61,045 nucleotides of DNA, filler included, from 4 parts of 4 records of this genome joined end to end with filler, not necessarily neighbours in it; one strand, 5' to 3'. Counted from the whole stretch's first letter, positions 42,210 to 51,862 are shown. Made by a program: numbers and translations. The notes: a model not told the origin generated them from the sequence alone.

Positions 42210-43664
42210 CTACTGACTTGCATCTATATATTTCTTCACCGTGCGTCTATCCATTCCAACTTGAGCGGCTACTTTCTCTAAAGTACCAAGTTGTTTGTAT
42301 AGTGTAGAGCAGTAGAGAGAGAGGAGCCCTGCTGCAGTGTATCTACCTGTATAAAAATTCCGCTGCAACTCGGACAAGTGCTCAGATATTTCAGGAGATT
42401 GTTGCCAGTTGTACGAGCGATTAAGCAGCATTTGACGCACGCATTGCTCAAGTTCCCGTATGTTACCAGGCCAGGGGTAATGAGGTGGTGCCGTTGCTTG
42501 TATGAGCTTATGGATTTTTCTGGTTAGTGGTGGGGATGGGTAGCCAAGGATACGCTCAACAGTAAAAGCAAGGATAAGCTTCATCTCCTCTGGATGCTCC
42601 TGTATGCGTTCCCGTAATGGTGGCACCTCAATGGTATCTGAACAAAGTCTGTAATAAAAATCATCCCTGAATTTCCCCTGCTGCCTCAGAACAGAAAGAT
42701 TCTGGTTGGTTGCCGCAATAACCCTGCCGCTAAAGGTTTTAAGCTCATGGGACCCAACAGGTCTAAAAACCCTTTCCTGTAAAACCTGCAGTAGATTTAT
42801 TTGTACAGGAATTGTTACCTCCCCAATTTCATCAAGAAATATTGCACCATGTGGATTGCAACGGCTAAAAACACCTTTATGCTCTTCAACTGCACCGGTA
42901 AAAGCTCCTTTCTTGTGACCGAAAAGCTCTGACTCTATAAGCTGTTCTGGGTATTGGGAGAGGTTAATGGGGATGAAAATATCTACAAAGCTCTCGGTAA
43001 AACACTTTTTCTTCCAATCAAACGGGATAAAGCAAGAACGTCCGATGGCACTCGCAGCAAGGCCTTTACCTGTACCCGTTTCTCCGAGTAAAATGGTTGA
43101 AAAATCCTCCATCCTGTTCCATAAGTACTGATCATACAAGCCGACATCGTAGGTAAATATATTATTCCATAATATTTGACGTAAGCGTCTTGCCCCTGCG
43201 CTATTTCCTCTGATAGTGCTGATGAAATAAAAAGCCCTGCGCAATTGAAAGAAAAGAGCAAAGGAACGCATTGCTTCCTTATGTGAAAAACCATATTTTT
43301 TTAATTGAAGAATCACCTCTTCAGCAAAACTCACACGAAGCGAAGTGCTGCCTGATTGCATCTGGCCACTGATAAAGCTATCATATTCCCCGCAATAATG
43401 GTGATAAAGATAGAAAAGCACACCATACCTGAGCAGGCTGCAATCCTTACGTGTTAGCTCCGCTCCTAACTTCCCTCCCTTCTGCAGGTGCAAGTTTATT
43501 TTCTGCAGCACTTCTTTCAGGAGCTGATCGAGAACCTCACGGTTATCACTGGATTCGGGCATACCTGTAATTTCCAGGTCCACTGCCCTGCGACGGGTAC
43601 TAAAAGGATTGGAAAAAATCGCTGCTTGTACTTTGTGGAAAAAGCTTCGCTCCAGACTGTCCAT
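42210..43664 (-). CDS. Sigma-54-interacting activator with an atypical N-terminal domain
   Basis: GETGTGKG, ESELFGHKKGAFTGA, FLDEIGE, WPGNIRELEQ, C-terminal HTH DRRTVKKY; no recognisable REC/PAS/GAF domain. Confidence 0.88.
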   Translation of the reverse strand: MDSLERSFFHKVQAAIFSNPFSTRRRAVDLEITGMPESSDNREVLDQLLKEVLQKINLHLQKGGKLGAELTRKDCSLLRYGVLFYLYHHYCGEYDSFISGQMQSGSTSLRVSFAEEVILQLKKYGFSHKEAMRSFALFFQLRRAFYFISTIRGNSAGARRLRQILWNNIFTYDVGLYDQYLWNRMEDFSTILLGETGTGKGLAASAIGRSCFIPFDWKKKCFTESFVDIFIPINLSQYPEQLIESELFGHKKGAFTGAVEEHKGVFSRCNPHGAIFLDEIGEVTIPVQINLLQVLQERVFRPVGSHELKTFSGRVIAATNQNLSVLRQQGKFRDDFYYRLCSDTIEVPPLRERIQEHPEEMKLILAFTVERILGYPSPPLTRKIHKLIQATAPPHYPWPGNIRELEQCVRQMLLNRSYNWQQSPEISEHLSELQRNFYTGRYTAAGLLSLYCSTLYKQLGTLEKVAAQVGMDRRTVKKYIDASQ

Positions 43665-43889
43665 GTGTTGACCTTGGGGAATATTTGTATATTTTTCTCT
43701 TGAAAAAGAGCATTTGTGTATCTTTCACTGTCTCTTGCTTTAGAAAAAGCACTATATCATCACCTCAGTGCGCATTAAATGTATATTTCCAGCTATATTT
43801 TGTTCTTTTTTAATACAATTATTTTCACAAAGAAACACTTAACCCTGATAACAGTTTGTTATTAAAGAGAAAATATTTTTTCTGCTCGT

Positions 43890-43906
43890 TAGGCACGAAG
43901 GCTGCT
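43890..43906 (+). promoter_or_regulatory. Sigma-54 (-24/-12) promoter
   Basis: TAGGCACGAAGGCTGCT: GG (43892-43893), N10, GC (43904-43905), with a GGCACG core, about 95 nt upstream of ATG 44000. Confidence 0.8.
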
Positions 43907-43999
43907 TTTATGAGGAAAACAAGGCAAAAGAGATTTTCGTCCTCTTTGCCTTTTTTCACCAGATAAAAGTTAACAGCTGAAAAGCTAAAGGAGCAAACC

Positions 44000-44983
44000 A
44001 TGAAAATAATAAATCCTACACTGTCTCTCTTTGCAGCATCCATCTTATTATGTTCCACCTCAGCCTATGCAGGCAATGCGGTTGTTGCCAGTGGAGAAGC
44101 CAGTGAAGAAGTCTTTGATGCAAATGTTCAACTCATTTCTGCGGGAGCACACCTATCCGGAACTGGATTCAACCTGAGTGGAGCCGCAGGAATAACTGTA
44201 GGGCATGCATTAAGTGAATCCGCATTAAGCGCAGTAACGATTGCTGGCCACTCAGTGGCGTTTTCTTCTGGAGTGCTCGCTAACGGTCTGTTGACAACCG
44301 CTCAACTCAGCAGTGACCTAACCGATGCAGGAGTGATGCTGTCAACTGATGCTGTTGTGCTTGCAGCCTGTGCAGCAGGTGCTGGAATCCACATGTCTGT
44401 TGATACGGCTCAGCTCTTTCTTGATCAAGCCGTTCATATTGCTGCTGCCAGTGGCCGTTTAAGCGGGGAGGTCGGTGAACTAACTCGGATGCTCACTCAA
44501 AAAGGAGTTGTCCTGAGTGCTGACAGTGCAACCCTGATTGTAAACGCTGCCGCTAAAGGTGTGCAGGTGAGCCAGGAACAGGCAAGTAAAGTAATATCTG
44601 CTTCGCTTGCAATTGCCTCAGGTTGCATCAAAACAGCTGTTATCACTGAAAGGTACCTTGTTATGACACTTGTAGAGGCCAATCAGCTGCTCGGTGAAGC
44701 AAGCATAGCCACCATACGCGCAGCTGCTGAAACAGGGCAAACAACCTATGCTTTCTCAAAGGATGTGGCGCTCCACCTCCATGGGCTTGGTATTGATGCT
44801 GCAAAACTGTCTAAAGAGCTCTCTGAGCAGGCTGCACGTGCTGCGGCCACTACTTCAGTCAAAACGGTACAAGGTGCAAACGATGCCATTGTAGTGGTGA
44901 TCAACTCGGGCTCAGGTCTTGTTGTTGTCACCCTTGATGCACTCACAGAAGCTGTGGAACAAACCACAGAAAAACTGCAATAA
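44000..44983 (+). CDS. Secreted Ala/Ser/Val-rich helical-repeat protein
   Basis: AAGGAG RBS; signal peptide ending SAYA; recurring G-x-x-(L/M/V)-S motif. Confidence 0.75.
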   Translation: MKIINPTLSLFAASILLCSTSAYAGNAVVASGEASEEVFDANVQLISAGAHLSGTGFNLSGAAGITVGHALSESALSAVTIAGHSVAFSSGVLANGLLTTAQLSSDLTDAGVMLSTDAVVLAACAAGAGIHMSVDTAQLFLDQAVHIAAASGRLSGEVGELTRMLTQKGVVLSADSATLIVNAAAKGVQVSQEQASKVISASLAIASGCIKTAVITERYLVMTLVEANQLLGEASIATIRAAAETGQTTYAFSKDVALHLHGLGIDAAKLSKELSEQAARAAATTSVKTVQGANDAIVVVINSGSGLVVVTLDALTEAVEQTTEKLQ

Positions 44984-44994
44984 GGAGGTGTGTC

Positions 44995-46143
44995 ATGAGA
45001 AAAATTACTCAACTATTAATCCTGATAATATGTACCTTCTTTGTAGTGTATGGAGCAAATGCAAAGGGGGTCAGTGAAGAGGGGAAGGATTTTTCAGGGG
45101 TAGCCGTTTCAAGTATTACAAACCAGGAAAATATCGAGCGCACAAACATGCTGGTTCAACACGTTGAAAATTATCTGAAAGAAAATGATGCCTATGTTGG
45201 CGTGGTTGCCAGGCGCGGAGCTGGTAACCCGCAGACAGGTATCTCTGATACCGATACACTTGATCTGTCTGGGATGGCGCATTGTGGTTTTGTGATTAGA
45301 AACGGCTTGGGTAACAATGCGGGATATGTGACCTACAATCTGGTGCGTATTAAAGGTGGAAAAACACAAGGTGGCAAGAGTCTAGATGTCAGTGAACTTC
45401 GTGTCTGGCGCCTTCCCCAGTTTTTTATCGGAGCTTTTGAAAAGGATGCCATCGTCTTTTTACCTGAGAAAAAAGTGCAGCTCAAATTATGGAATGTACT
45501 TCGTGCCAATGGACAACTGAAGATCACCAAACGCGATGATGTGGTAAAGGATGGCAAGGGAAAGGTTCAGGTTGATGAGACAGGTAAAACTCGCAAAGTC
45601 ACAAGGCATATCATTACCAATGGTGCGTTTGTGACTCTCCATAATCAAGAATACAACCTACTTTCAGACTATGTGAACAGTGCTACTCAAAATTGCAACG
45701 AACACCTCTTAAAGACCCTTATCGGGGTTCGGGATTACTGGCAGTTTGGTGCAAGCCTTGGCAATATGGCCATGCTGCCGCAAGCTGCAGGTAAACTGCG
45801 GGTGCAAACCCAAAAAGCGATTGAAGATAACTATGTTCCACGCCAAATGATGCTTTCCAGAACCAAATCAACTTTTGCCTTTACCCAAAATATCCGGTTT
45901 GGTGAGCGCTACAAGACCTCTCCATCTTTGTTTGGTCTTAAATTGCGTAAGGAAAAATTTGATGTGGTCAGCGTGGACAGCTTTTGTGACCCCAAGAATC
46001 AGCTGTTCCTTGGATGGCACGACTTTAAAGTCTTTCGTGAAAGTAAAAAGAGCAGTAAAGGTTTTTCAATAGAAGACTGGGGGCAGGATTATGTAAAAGT
46101 TAACCGATTTACAGGTAAAAAAAATCACATTGTACAAATGTAG
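44995..46143 (+). CDS. DUF2145-like secreted protein (putative permuted papain-like His/Cys enzyme)
   Basis: Signal peptide ending ANA; VVARRG..AHCGF..YVTYNL..FF.G..DA....P...Q..L..LHN.EY..QNCNE. Confidence 0.65.
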   Translation: MRKITQLLILIICTFFVVYGANAKGVSEEGKDFSGVAVSSITNQENIERTNMLVQHVENYLKENDAYVGVVARRGAGNPQTGISDTDTLDLSGMAHCGFVIRNGLGNNAGYVTYNLVRIKGGKTQGGKSLDVSELRVWRLPQFFIGAFEKDAIVFLPEKKVQLKLWNVLRANGQLKITKRDDVVKDGKGKVQVDETGKTRKVTRHIITNGAFVTLHNQEYNLLSDYVNSATQNCNEHLLKTLIGVRDYWQFGASLGNMAMLPQAAGKLRVQTQKAIEDNYVPRQMMLSRTKSTFAFTQNIRFGERYKTSPSLFGLKLRKEKFDVVSVDSFCDPKNQLFLGWHDFKVFRESKKSSKGFSIEDWGQDYVKVNRFTGKKNHIVQM

Positions 46144-46298
46144 CTAAAAAGTCTCGAGGAAAGAGACAAGGCCGATGATTTGATCCAACACCTGTGACGG
46201 CAAATATCGGCCTTTAATATTACGGTTACCGCCTCAAATAGTTCAGAACTGGATTTCTACAATTTCAGATAATTGTCAGTAAATGTGCGCTGTACCAA

Positions 46299-46790
46299 CT
46301 ACTGAGAGGATAAAGAGTGGATAACACTTAGGACAATTTGCATTTTTTGCGGGAGTTCTTTCCACCATTGTATAAACAGGTTTCTATCTTTTTGATACCA
46401 AAGAGCTGTTGTTATACCAATCCTGCACATTCCACTGTTACCGATACCAGCACCACAACTGATATCAGGAAAAGAGTTCATCCCGGCAACAAACGCGGCA
46501 GTGTTCTCTTTGCCCCAAGCCGTTTGGAAACGAAAAATCAAGAAAGTCGGTTTCCAGGTATCAACCCCTTCGCACGAAGACCGAATTTCGATTTCTTGGA
46601 TACCATTGACCTCATCCAGAGCACTTGTTGGGATGTTGGCATCTACAGCAATTCCCCTCCAGTCCTTTTGCCGGTGCGGAGTACCTTTTCCGAAAAGTAG
46701 CTTTTCTTTGCCATGCAAAATTTCATAAATAAAAGAGGGAGCATTTTTTTTACTTGAACCAGGGACATGCTGCCTCCTTGCACTTTGCAT
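46299..46790 (-). CDS. Hypothetical protein with a D..I..LD..N..SSCEG motif
   Basis: 163-aa ORF filling the gap between convergent neighbours. Confidence 0.6.
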   Translation of the reverse strand: MQSARRQHVPGSSKKNAPSFIYEILHGKEKLLFGKGTPHRQKDWRGIAVDANIPTSALDEVNGIQEIEIRSSCEGVDTWKPTFLIFRFQTAWGKENTAAFVAGMNSFPDISCGAGIGNSGMCRIGITTALWYQKDRNLFIQWWKELPQKMQIVLSVIHSLSSQ

Positions 46791-46930
46791 GGATTTTTCT
46801 CCGTTTAAAAAAATCTTAAAGAGTTTTCAACAATCTATCCTCTGAAAAAAACAACCGTTACCTTTCCCCGATTTAAGCACCATGGGCCAGGTAACGGTAT
46901 CGTCAAAAAGGCATCAACTGTTGTTACTGA

Positions 46931-47527
46931 TCATTTTAGATTGAGGTTTGACAGATATTCTGCCACCCCTTTTCTGGTAGGCTTCATGGCTTCATCACCC
47001 TCATTCCAATTTGCAGGGCACACATCTCCATGTGCTTCATGAAACTGTAGTGCACCGACCATTCGCAGGGCTTCCTCAATATTTCGGCCTAATGGTAAAT
47101 CGTTAATAACTGAGTGGCGAAGAATCCCCTCCTTGTCGATGAGAAAGGTACCACGAAGAGCAATTCCAGCATCCAGCAGTATTCCGTAATCAAGAGATAT
47201 TTTCTTATCAAGATCAGCAACCAGTGGGTACTGAATGTTCCCTATTCCACCTTCATTAACCGGAGTATTTTTCCATGCCAAATGTGAAAACTGAGAATCA
47301 ATAGATACCCCTATAATCTCGCAGTTCTTTTCTTTGAATTGATTTAAATATTTATCAAACTGCAAGATCTCTGAAGGGCAAACAAAAGTGAAATCCAGTG
47401 GGTAGAAAAAAAGCACCACATACTTTCCACGATATCCAGAAAGAGAAAAGTCTTCTTTCAGCGAATTGTCAGGCATAACTGCTGTAGCAGTAAAATCAGG
47501 GGCTGGTTTGGTAATGAGTGGACTCAT
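46931..47527 (-). CDS. ahpC: 2-Cys peroxiredoxin (AhpC/TSA)
   Basis: FYPLDFTFVCPSE and VCPANW. Confidence 0.95.
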   Translation of the reverse strand: MSPLITKPAPDFTATAVMPDNSLKEDFSLSGYRGKYVVLFFYPLDFTFVCPSEILQFDKYLNQFKEKNCEIIGVSIDSQFSHLAWKNTPVNEGGIGNIQYPLVADLDKKISLDYGILLDAGIALRGTFLIDKEGILRHSVINDLPLGRNIEEALRMVGALQFHEAHGDVCPANWNEGDEAMKPTRKGVAEYLSNLNLK

Positions 47528-47708
47528 TGTCTTCTCCTCAAGTTAAAGGTTAAGAGGCATATTGCTGAAAAATAAAGCATGTTTAATTTATTACAACAAA
47601 ATGACCGCTAGCACATTGCAGCCATCGGCGGTAGTTTTTCACAACTTCACAACCCGTATGCAAAACAAATAATATCTATGATAAGGATGAGCAAGCAGGT
47701 AATGTCTA

Positions 47709-48263
47709 TCAGAGATACTCCGTAAACAGCTCTTTAGAGGCTCCGGAAATAACGGCTTTGTTCACCAGCATGCCGTCGTCTTTAATTGTTTCCACACCAC
47801 TATTAACAGAGGCTGTAACAGAACCCACATCTCCGGCGAGCAGTAGAAACCCTTTCCCTCCTACAGCCATGGAGAGATGCACTCTAAACAAGGTTACGCC
47901 AGCGGCTTTTACGGCAGCATCTGCCGCACGAAGAATTGATGCAGCAGAAAAAGTTTCAATAACACCCAAGGCTTGGCCTTTGGATGCAGCCAACTCCACA
48001 CAACCTGAGATTGCAGGAAATATTGCCTGATCAATATTTGGAAGAATGAGCTGTTCTACCAAAAAGCCTTTAGAGGCCGATACACCTGCTTCAATCGCAG
48101 CATTGACAGAGCCCACCTTACCACCAATAACAATCATGTACTTACCAGGACATATCGTGCGGGCAACAAGCAACTCAACATCTGCAGCCTTAATGACGGC
48201 GTCCTGGGCAACAAACCCTGCCGCAATGCTCGACAATTCCAACATTCCAACTGCACCTTTCAT
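47709..48263 (-). CDS. pduT: Tandem-domain BMC shell protein, PduT-like (Fe-S pore)
   Basis: AVGMLE..SIA.G, TICPGKY, second domain ALGVIETFS..AADAAVKAA, GGKG. Confidence 0.88.
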   Translation of the reverse strand: MKGAVGMLELSSIAAGFVAQDAVIKAADVELLVARTICPGKYMIVIGGKVGSVNAAIEAGVSASKGFLVEQLILPNIDQAIFPAISGCVELAASKGQALGVIETFSAASILRAADAAVKAAGVTLFRVHLSMAVGGKGFLLLAGDVGSVTASVNSGVETIKDDGMLVNKAVISGASKELFTEYL

Positions 48264-49579
48264 GATATCTCCAGTCTCTCAATAACTATTGCTTTCTGGT
48301 TTATCTCAACAACAACACCGTCTACTGATGCGTGAATTTCTGCTCCCAGTTTTTCCCCAACTGTGGCTATTTTTTCTTCTTTTTTTACCTGTTGCCCTTG
48401 TTTCACCAGAGGTTCAGCCGGTGCACCAATATGCTGCTGCAGTAGAATTTCATACAGCTTAGCAGCAGTGGTAAACTTCACCAAAGGCCCTTTATCCTGA
48501 AATTGCAGCAGGTCTAAACGTTCTTTCACTCGCTTGGTAGGCGTTCTGCGATACTCAATAAGCGGATGCGCTACAGCTGTCTTATCCCCCTGATACTGCA
48601 CTTTTTTCTGGATCAACTTTCGTTTACTATTTACACAGGCTTGAGATGGATATAACCCCTCAGGACAGGCTACAATGGTGCACAGGTTACACTCACAGCA
48701 GTAAAGCGTATGTGCAGCACTGCTATCCGGCTCAACCTCTCCATTACTGAAGAGAAGATTTCGCATGGCAACATGCGGTCTCACAGGGTGACCAAGAAGG
48801 GCACGGGGACAGAGCTCGCTGCAAAAAGAACATTGATCACAAGAGGATTTACCAATTTTATTAACCTTCGTTTCCACAGCGCCGGTCTTCATCTTTGTAA
48901 CAAGGACATGATCCGGAGGGAGGACGATAAGTCCTCCGGTGGTCTTGGTAACAGGCTCATCAAGATTATCAGTCAGCCTGCCCATCATTGGTCCGCCCAC
49001 CAACAGCTCGTAAACATCCAGCTTTGGCTTTGCAAACTGCAGCACTTCTCGAAAAGAAACACCCAGGGGAACATCAATAGATATTGGATTTTCCACTTCC
49101 CCACCAACAGTGAGCAGCTTTGAAACCACTGGCCCACTCTTAGCTATATTGTAGAGAGTCTCAACATTCTGTACTATGACGTTTTGGGTAAGAGGTAATT
49201 CCCCAGGCTGGACAACTCTCCCGGTTGCCTCAAAGATGAGATTAACTTCATCTCCTGCCGGATAGAAATCACGAAGAGGAAAAATGGTTATTATATCAGG
49301 AATCGTCTTTTTAAGGTGTTGGATCACCTTTGCATGCTTTTCCTTGATCCCAATAATTATCTCTTTTGCTCGTGCCAGTTCTGCAGCATACAACAGCCCC
49401 TTAACAAACAACTCCGTTTTGTGGAGCAGTATCTCTACATCTTTATGCAGAAGAGGTTCGCATTCGGCAGCATTGACAATGAGCATCTCTGCTTCACTGG
49501 TGAGCTTCACATAACAGGGAAACCCTGCACCGCCTGCTCCAACAATACCTTTTTCTTTAATTTCTTCTGTTGAGATCAT
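48260..49579 (-). CDS. pduS: PduS / RnfC-like cobalamin reductase
   Basis: GIVGAGGAGFP, NAAECEPLL, GGPMMG, CDQCSFCSELCP, CCECNLC..CP, QHIGAPA. Confidence 0.9.
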   Translation of the reverse strand: MISTEEIKEKGIVGAGGAGFPCYVKLTSEAEMLIVNAAECEPLLHKDVEILLHKTELFVKGLLYAAELARAKEIIIGIKEKHAKVIQHLKKTIPDIITIFPLRDFYPAGDEVNLIFEATGRVVQPGELPLTQNVIVQNVETLYNIAKSGPVVSKLLTVGGEVENPISIDVPLGVSFREVLQFAKPKLDVYELLVGGPMMGRLTDNLDEPVTKTTGGLIVLPPDHVLVTKMKTGAVETKVNKIGKSSCDQCSFCSELCPRALLGHPVRPHVAMRNLLFSNGEVEPDSSAAHTLYCCECNLCTIVACPEGLYPSQACVNSKRKLIQKKVQYQGDKTAVAHPLIEYRRTPTKRVKERLDLLQFQDKGPLVKFTTAAKLYEILLQQHIGAPAEPLVKQGQQVKKEEKIATVGEKLGAEIHASVDGVVVEINQKAIVIERLEIS

Positions 49580-49610
49580 TGGCAACCCATCGTCTTCTCA
49601 GATACTATCT

Positions 49611-49907
49611 TTAAACGCGGTAGTAATTTTGAATCTTGTCTATTGCTGCTTTGACAGCCGCAGGGTTGCCAAAAATTGCCAGCATTTGCACATGTTGAGG
49701 ACAATTTCCAGACACCAGTACCGCTTTTACATCACTGGCCTTTTCTGCCATGTCCGCAGCGCAATAAAGTTCTATGAGGTGTGCCTGGACTAGCCCAACA
49801 GCACCCCACTTACCCAATTGCACATCATCTTTTGCTGCGGAGTTGATGTTGTTAACCAACATTCCCATGAAGGTCTTTGAAGGTGCCTGGATGATTTCTA
49901 TTTTCAC
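49611..49907 (-). CDS. grpU: GrpU-like BMC hexamer shell protein (Fe-S-binding GxCPQ motif)
   Basis: II..PS..GAVGLVQ..AADMAEKASDV..SGNCPQH..AIFG. Confidence 0.75.
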   Translation of the reverse strand: MKIEIIQAPSKTFMGMLVNNINSAAKDDVQLGKWGAVGLVQAHLIELYCAADMAEKASDVKAVLVSGNCPQHVQMLAIFGNPAAVKAAIDKIQNYYRV

Positions 49908-49910
49908 GTC

Positions 49911-50327
49911 CTAAGCTCCAATCAGTTCCTCAAACTTCTTCACTGCGGCTTCAGCACATTGGATATCCTGGGCAACACTGCCGCCACTGACTCCAACACC
50001 ACCAACCACCTTTCCATCCTGAACGAGCGGTATGCCACCTCCAAATATCACAACCCTGCAGTTATCAGTGGTATTGAGGCCAAACAACTCTGCTCCAGGC
50101 GCACAGGCAGTTGCCAGGACTTCTGTGGGTACTTTTACAGCTAAGGCAGTATAAGCCTTGTTGAGGGCGATATCGACGCTGACCAGCAAAGCGTCATCCA
50201 TACGCTGAGAAGCGACCATATTGCCCCCTTCATCAACCACTGATACCACCATAGGAGTACCGATTTCTTCTGCAACTTTCTTTGCTGCTGCTATCATTTC
50301 CAAAGCATTGTCCAGTTTGCTTGCCAT
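49911..50327 (-). CDS. GlcG/HbpS-family heme-binding protein (PduO-C / OrfY-like)
   Basis: VVSVVDEGGN..RMDDA..S.DIALNKAYTA..FGGGIP..GVSGGSV.QD; ATG 50327 after GGAGG. Confidence 0.88.
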   Translation of the reverse strand: MASKLDNALEMIAAAKKVAEEIGTPMVVSVVDEGGNMVASQRMDDALLVSVDIALNKAYTALAVKVPTEVLATACAPGAELFGLNTTDNCRVVIFGGGIPLVQDGKVVGGVGVSGGSVAQDIQCAEAAVKKFEELIGA

Positions 50328-50385
50328 TTTCATTCCTCCGAGATTCAATTCTTTAAGCATTGTTGACCGGTATTAATGTACGGGA

Positions 50386-51795
50386 TCAAATAATGCGAAA
50401 CCCTTCCACCAATACGCATCGTCTTGCACGAGTAAAAGAGCGTGCAGAAGTCAAACCTTCTCCAGTTGGACCAGCTATGGTAAATGAGGTGTGTCCTTCA
50501 CCTCCAAGACCAATTCCAGCATAGCAAGGACCGTTTTTTACAAAAATGGTTGTCTGCACAGCACGTGCAAACCGGGTTAAATATTCAACGTTAGTAGAGT
50601 GCATAATGGCTGTATGTCGGTTGCCCTGTTCAACCTCAACCGCAAAATCGATTGCTTCGTCAATGTTGCTCACCGCCACAATGGGGATAACCGGCATCAT
50701 TTGCTCTTTCCACACAAGCGGGTGGTCTTTGGGTGCTCTAAATATGGCCAAACGACACTCTTCGCCAACATTGATGCCGACCTCTCCCAATATCTTCTGT
50801 ATGTCTTTGCCGATACAGGCAGGGTTAGCCTTGCCGTCTTTCACTACGAGGGCGGTAACCATTTTTTCCTCTTCCTCATTGAGCAAGTAGGCTTTGCCAG
50901 TTTCCACCATGAACTTGATTAAATTTTCAGCAACCTCCTCAACAACGATCACTTCTTTTTCACAGATACAGAATATATTGTTGTTGATGCTGGCGCCATT
51001 TACGATGCATTCTGCGGCTTGACGAAGATTGGCGGTTTCGTCAACCAGGGCTGGTGGGTTTCCTGCACCTGCGCCAATGGCTTTTTTCCCTGAGGAAAGT
51101 ACAGCTTTTACAACAGGTTTACCACCAGTGGCCACCAACATGTTGATATCAGGATGATTTATTATCTCCTTAGCTCTGTCTAAAGTCGGTTCTGCAATGG
51201 CAGTGATTGTTGCTGGCGGACCGCCCGCATCAACGATTGCTTTATGAAGTACCGCCACCATTTTTGCAGAAGTGGCTTTAGCACTGGGATGCGGATTAAA
51301 TACAACGGTATTACCCGCTGCCACCATACTGATGGTATTGTTAATCAACGTTCCGGTTGGGTTGGTAATGGGAGTGAGTGCACCTATTACTCCTACCGGT
51401 GCTGGCTCGACCAAGGTCAGGCCAGAGTCTCCTGTTTTGGCGCAAGGAACCAGGTCTTCCGTGCCTGGTGTTTTCTCAGCGCAAAGAATATTTTCCCGTA
51501 CTTTATCGTCATACCTGCCGTACCCGGTATCCTCAATGGCAAATGCTGATAATTCTTCATTATTTTCAAGACATGCTGCTCTGATGGAAGCAATAATTTT
51601 CTCACGCTGCTCAATCGAGAGCAGGAGCAATTGCTTCTGTGCCGCTCTGGCACAGACTACCGCATCATCCACATTATCATACATGCCGTTAGCGGATGGA
51701 TTCACTCCAGAAGAAGGAGATGACGTATCTTTGGTTGCCAACTGCGCTACAACTTTCTGTACCAGATCTGTTATCATTTCACTTTGTGTTGTCAT
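50386..51795 (-). CDS. pduP: CoA-acylating aldehyde dehydrogenase (PduP/EutE)
   Basis: N-terminal encapsulation-type helix; KTPGTEDL, TPITNPT, ATGG, GAGAGNPP, FCICEKE, FTIAGPTGEG. Confidence 0.93.
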   Translation of the reverse strand: MTTQSEMITDLVQKVVAQLATKDTSSPSSGVNPSANGMYDNVDDAVVCARAAQKQLLLLSIEQREKIIASIRAACLENNEELSAFAIEDTGYGRYDDKVRENILCAEKTPGTEDLVPCAKTGDSGLTLVEPAPVGVIGALTPITNPTGTLINNTISMVAAGNTVVFNPHPSAKATSAKMVAVLHKAIVDAGGPPATITAIAEPTLDRAKEIINHPDINMLVATGGKPVVKAVLSSGKKAIGAGAGNPPALVDETANLRQAAECIVNGASINNNIFCICEKEVIVVEEVAENLIKFMVETGKAYLLNEEEEKMVTALVVKDGKANPACIGKDIQKILGEVGINVGEECRLAIFRAPKDHPLVWKEQMMPVIPIVAVSNIDEAIDFAVEVEQGNRHTAIMHSTNVEYLTRFARAVQTTIFVKNGPCYAGIGLGGEGHTSFTIAGPTGEGLTSARSFTRARRCVLVEGFRII

Positions 51796-51862
51796 CTCAA
51801 ACTCTCCTATATCCTTCTTGTACTGTTTATCTGTAATGTCTTATTTTGATTAATTATCCGTG

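Noticed and set aside
43825-44058. 77-aa minus-strand ORF
   Set aside because: Antisense across the sigma-54 promoter and the start of the 44000 gene
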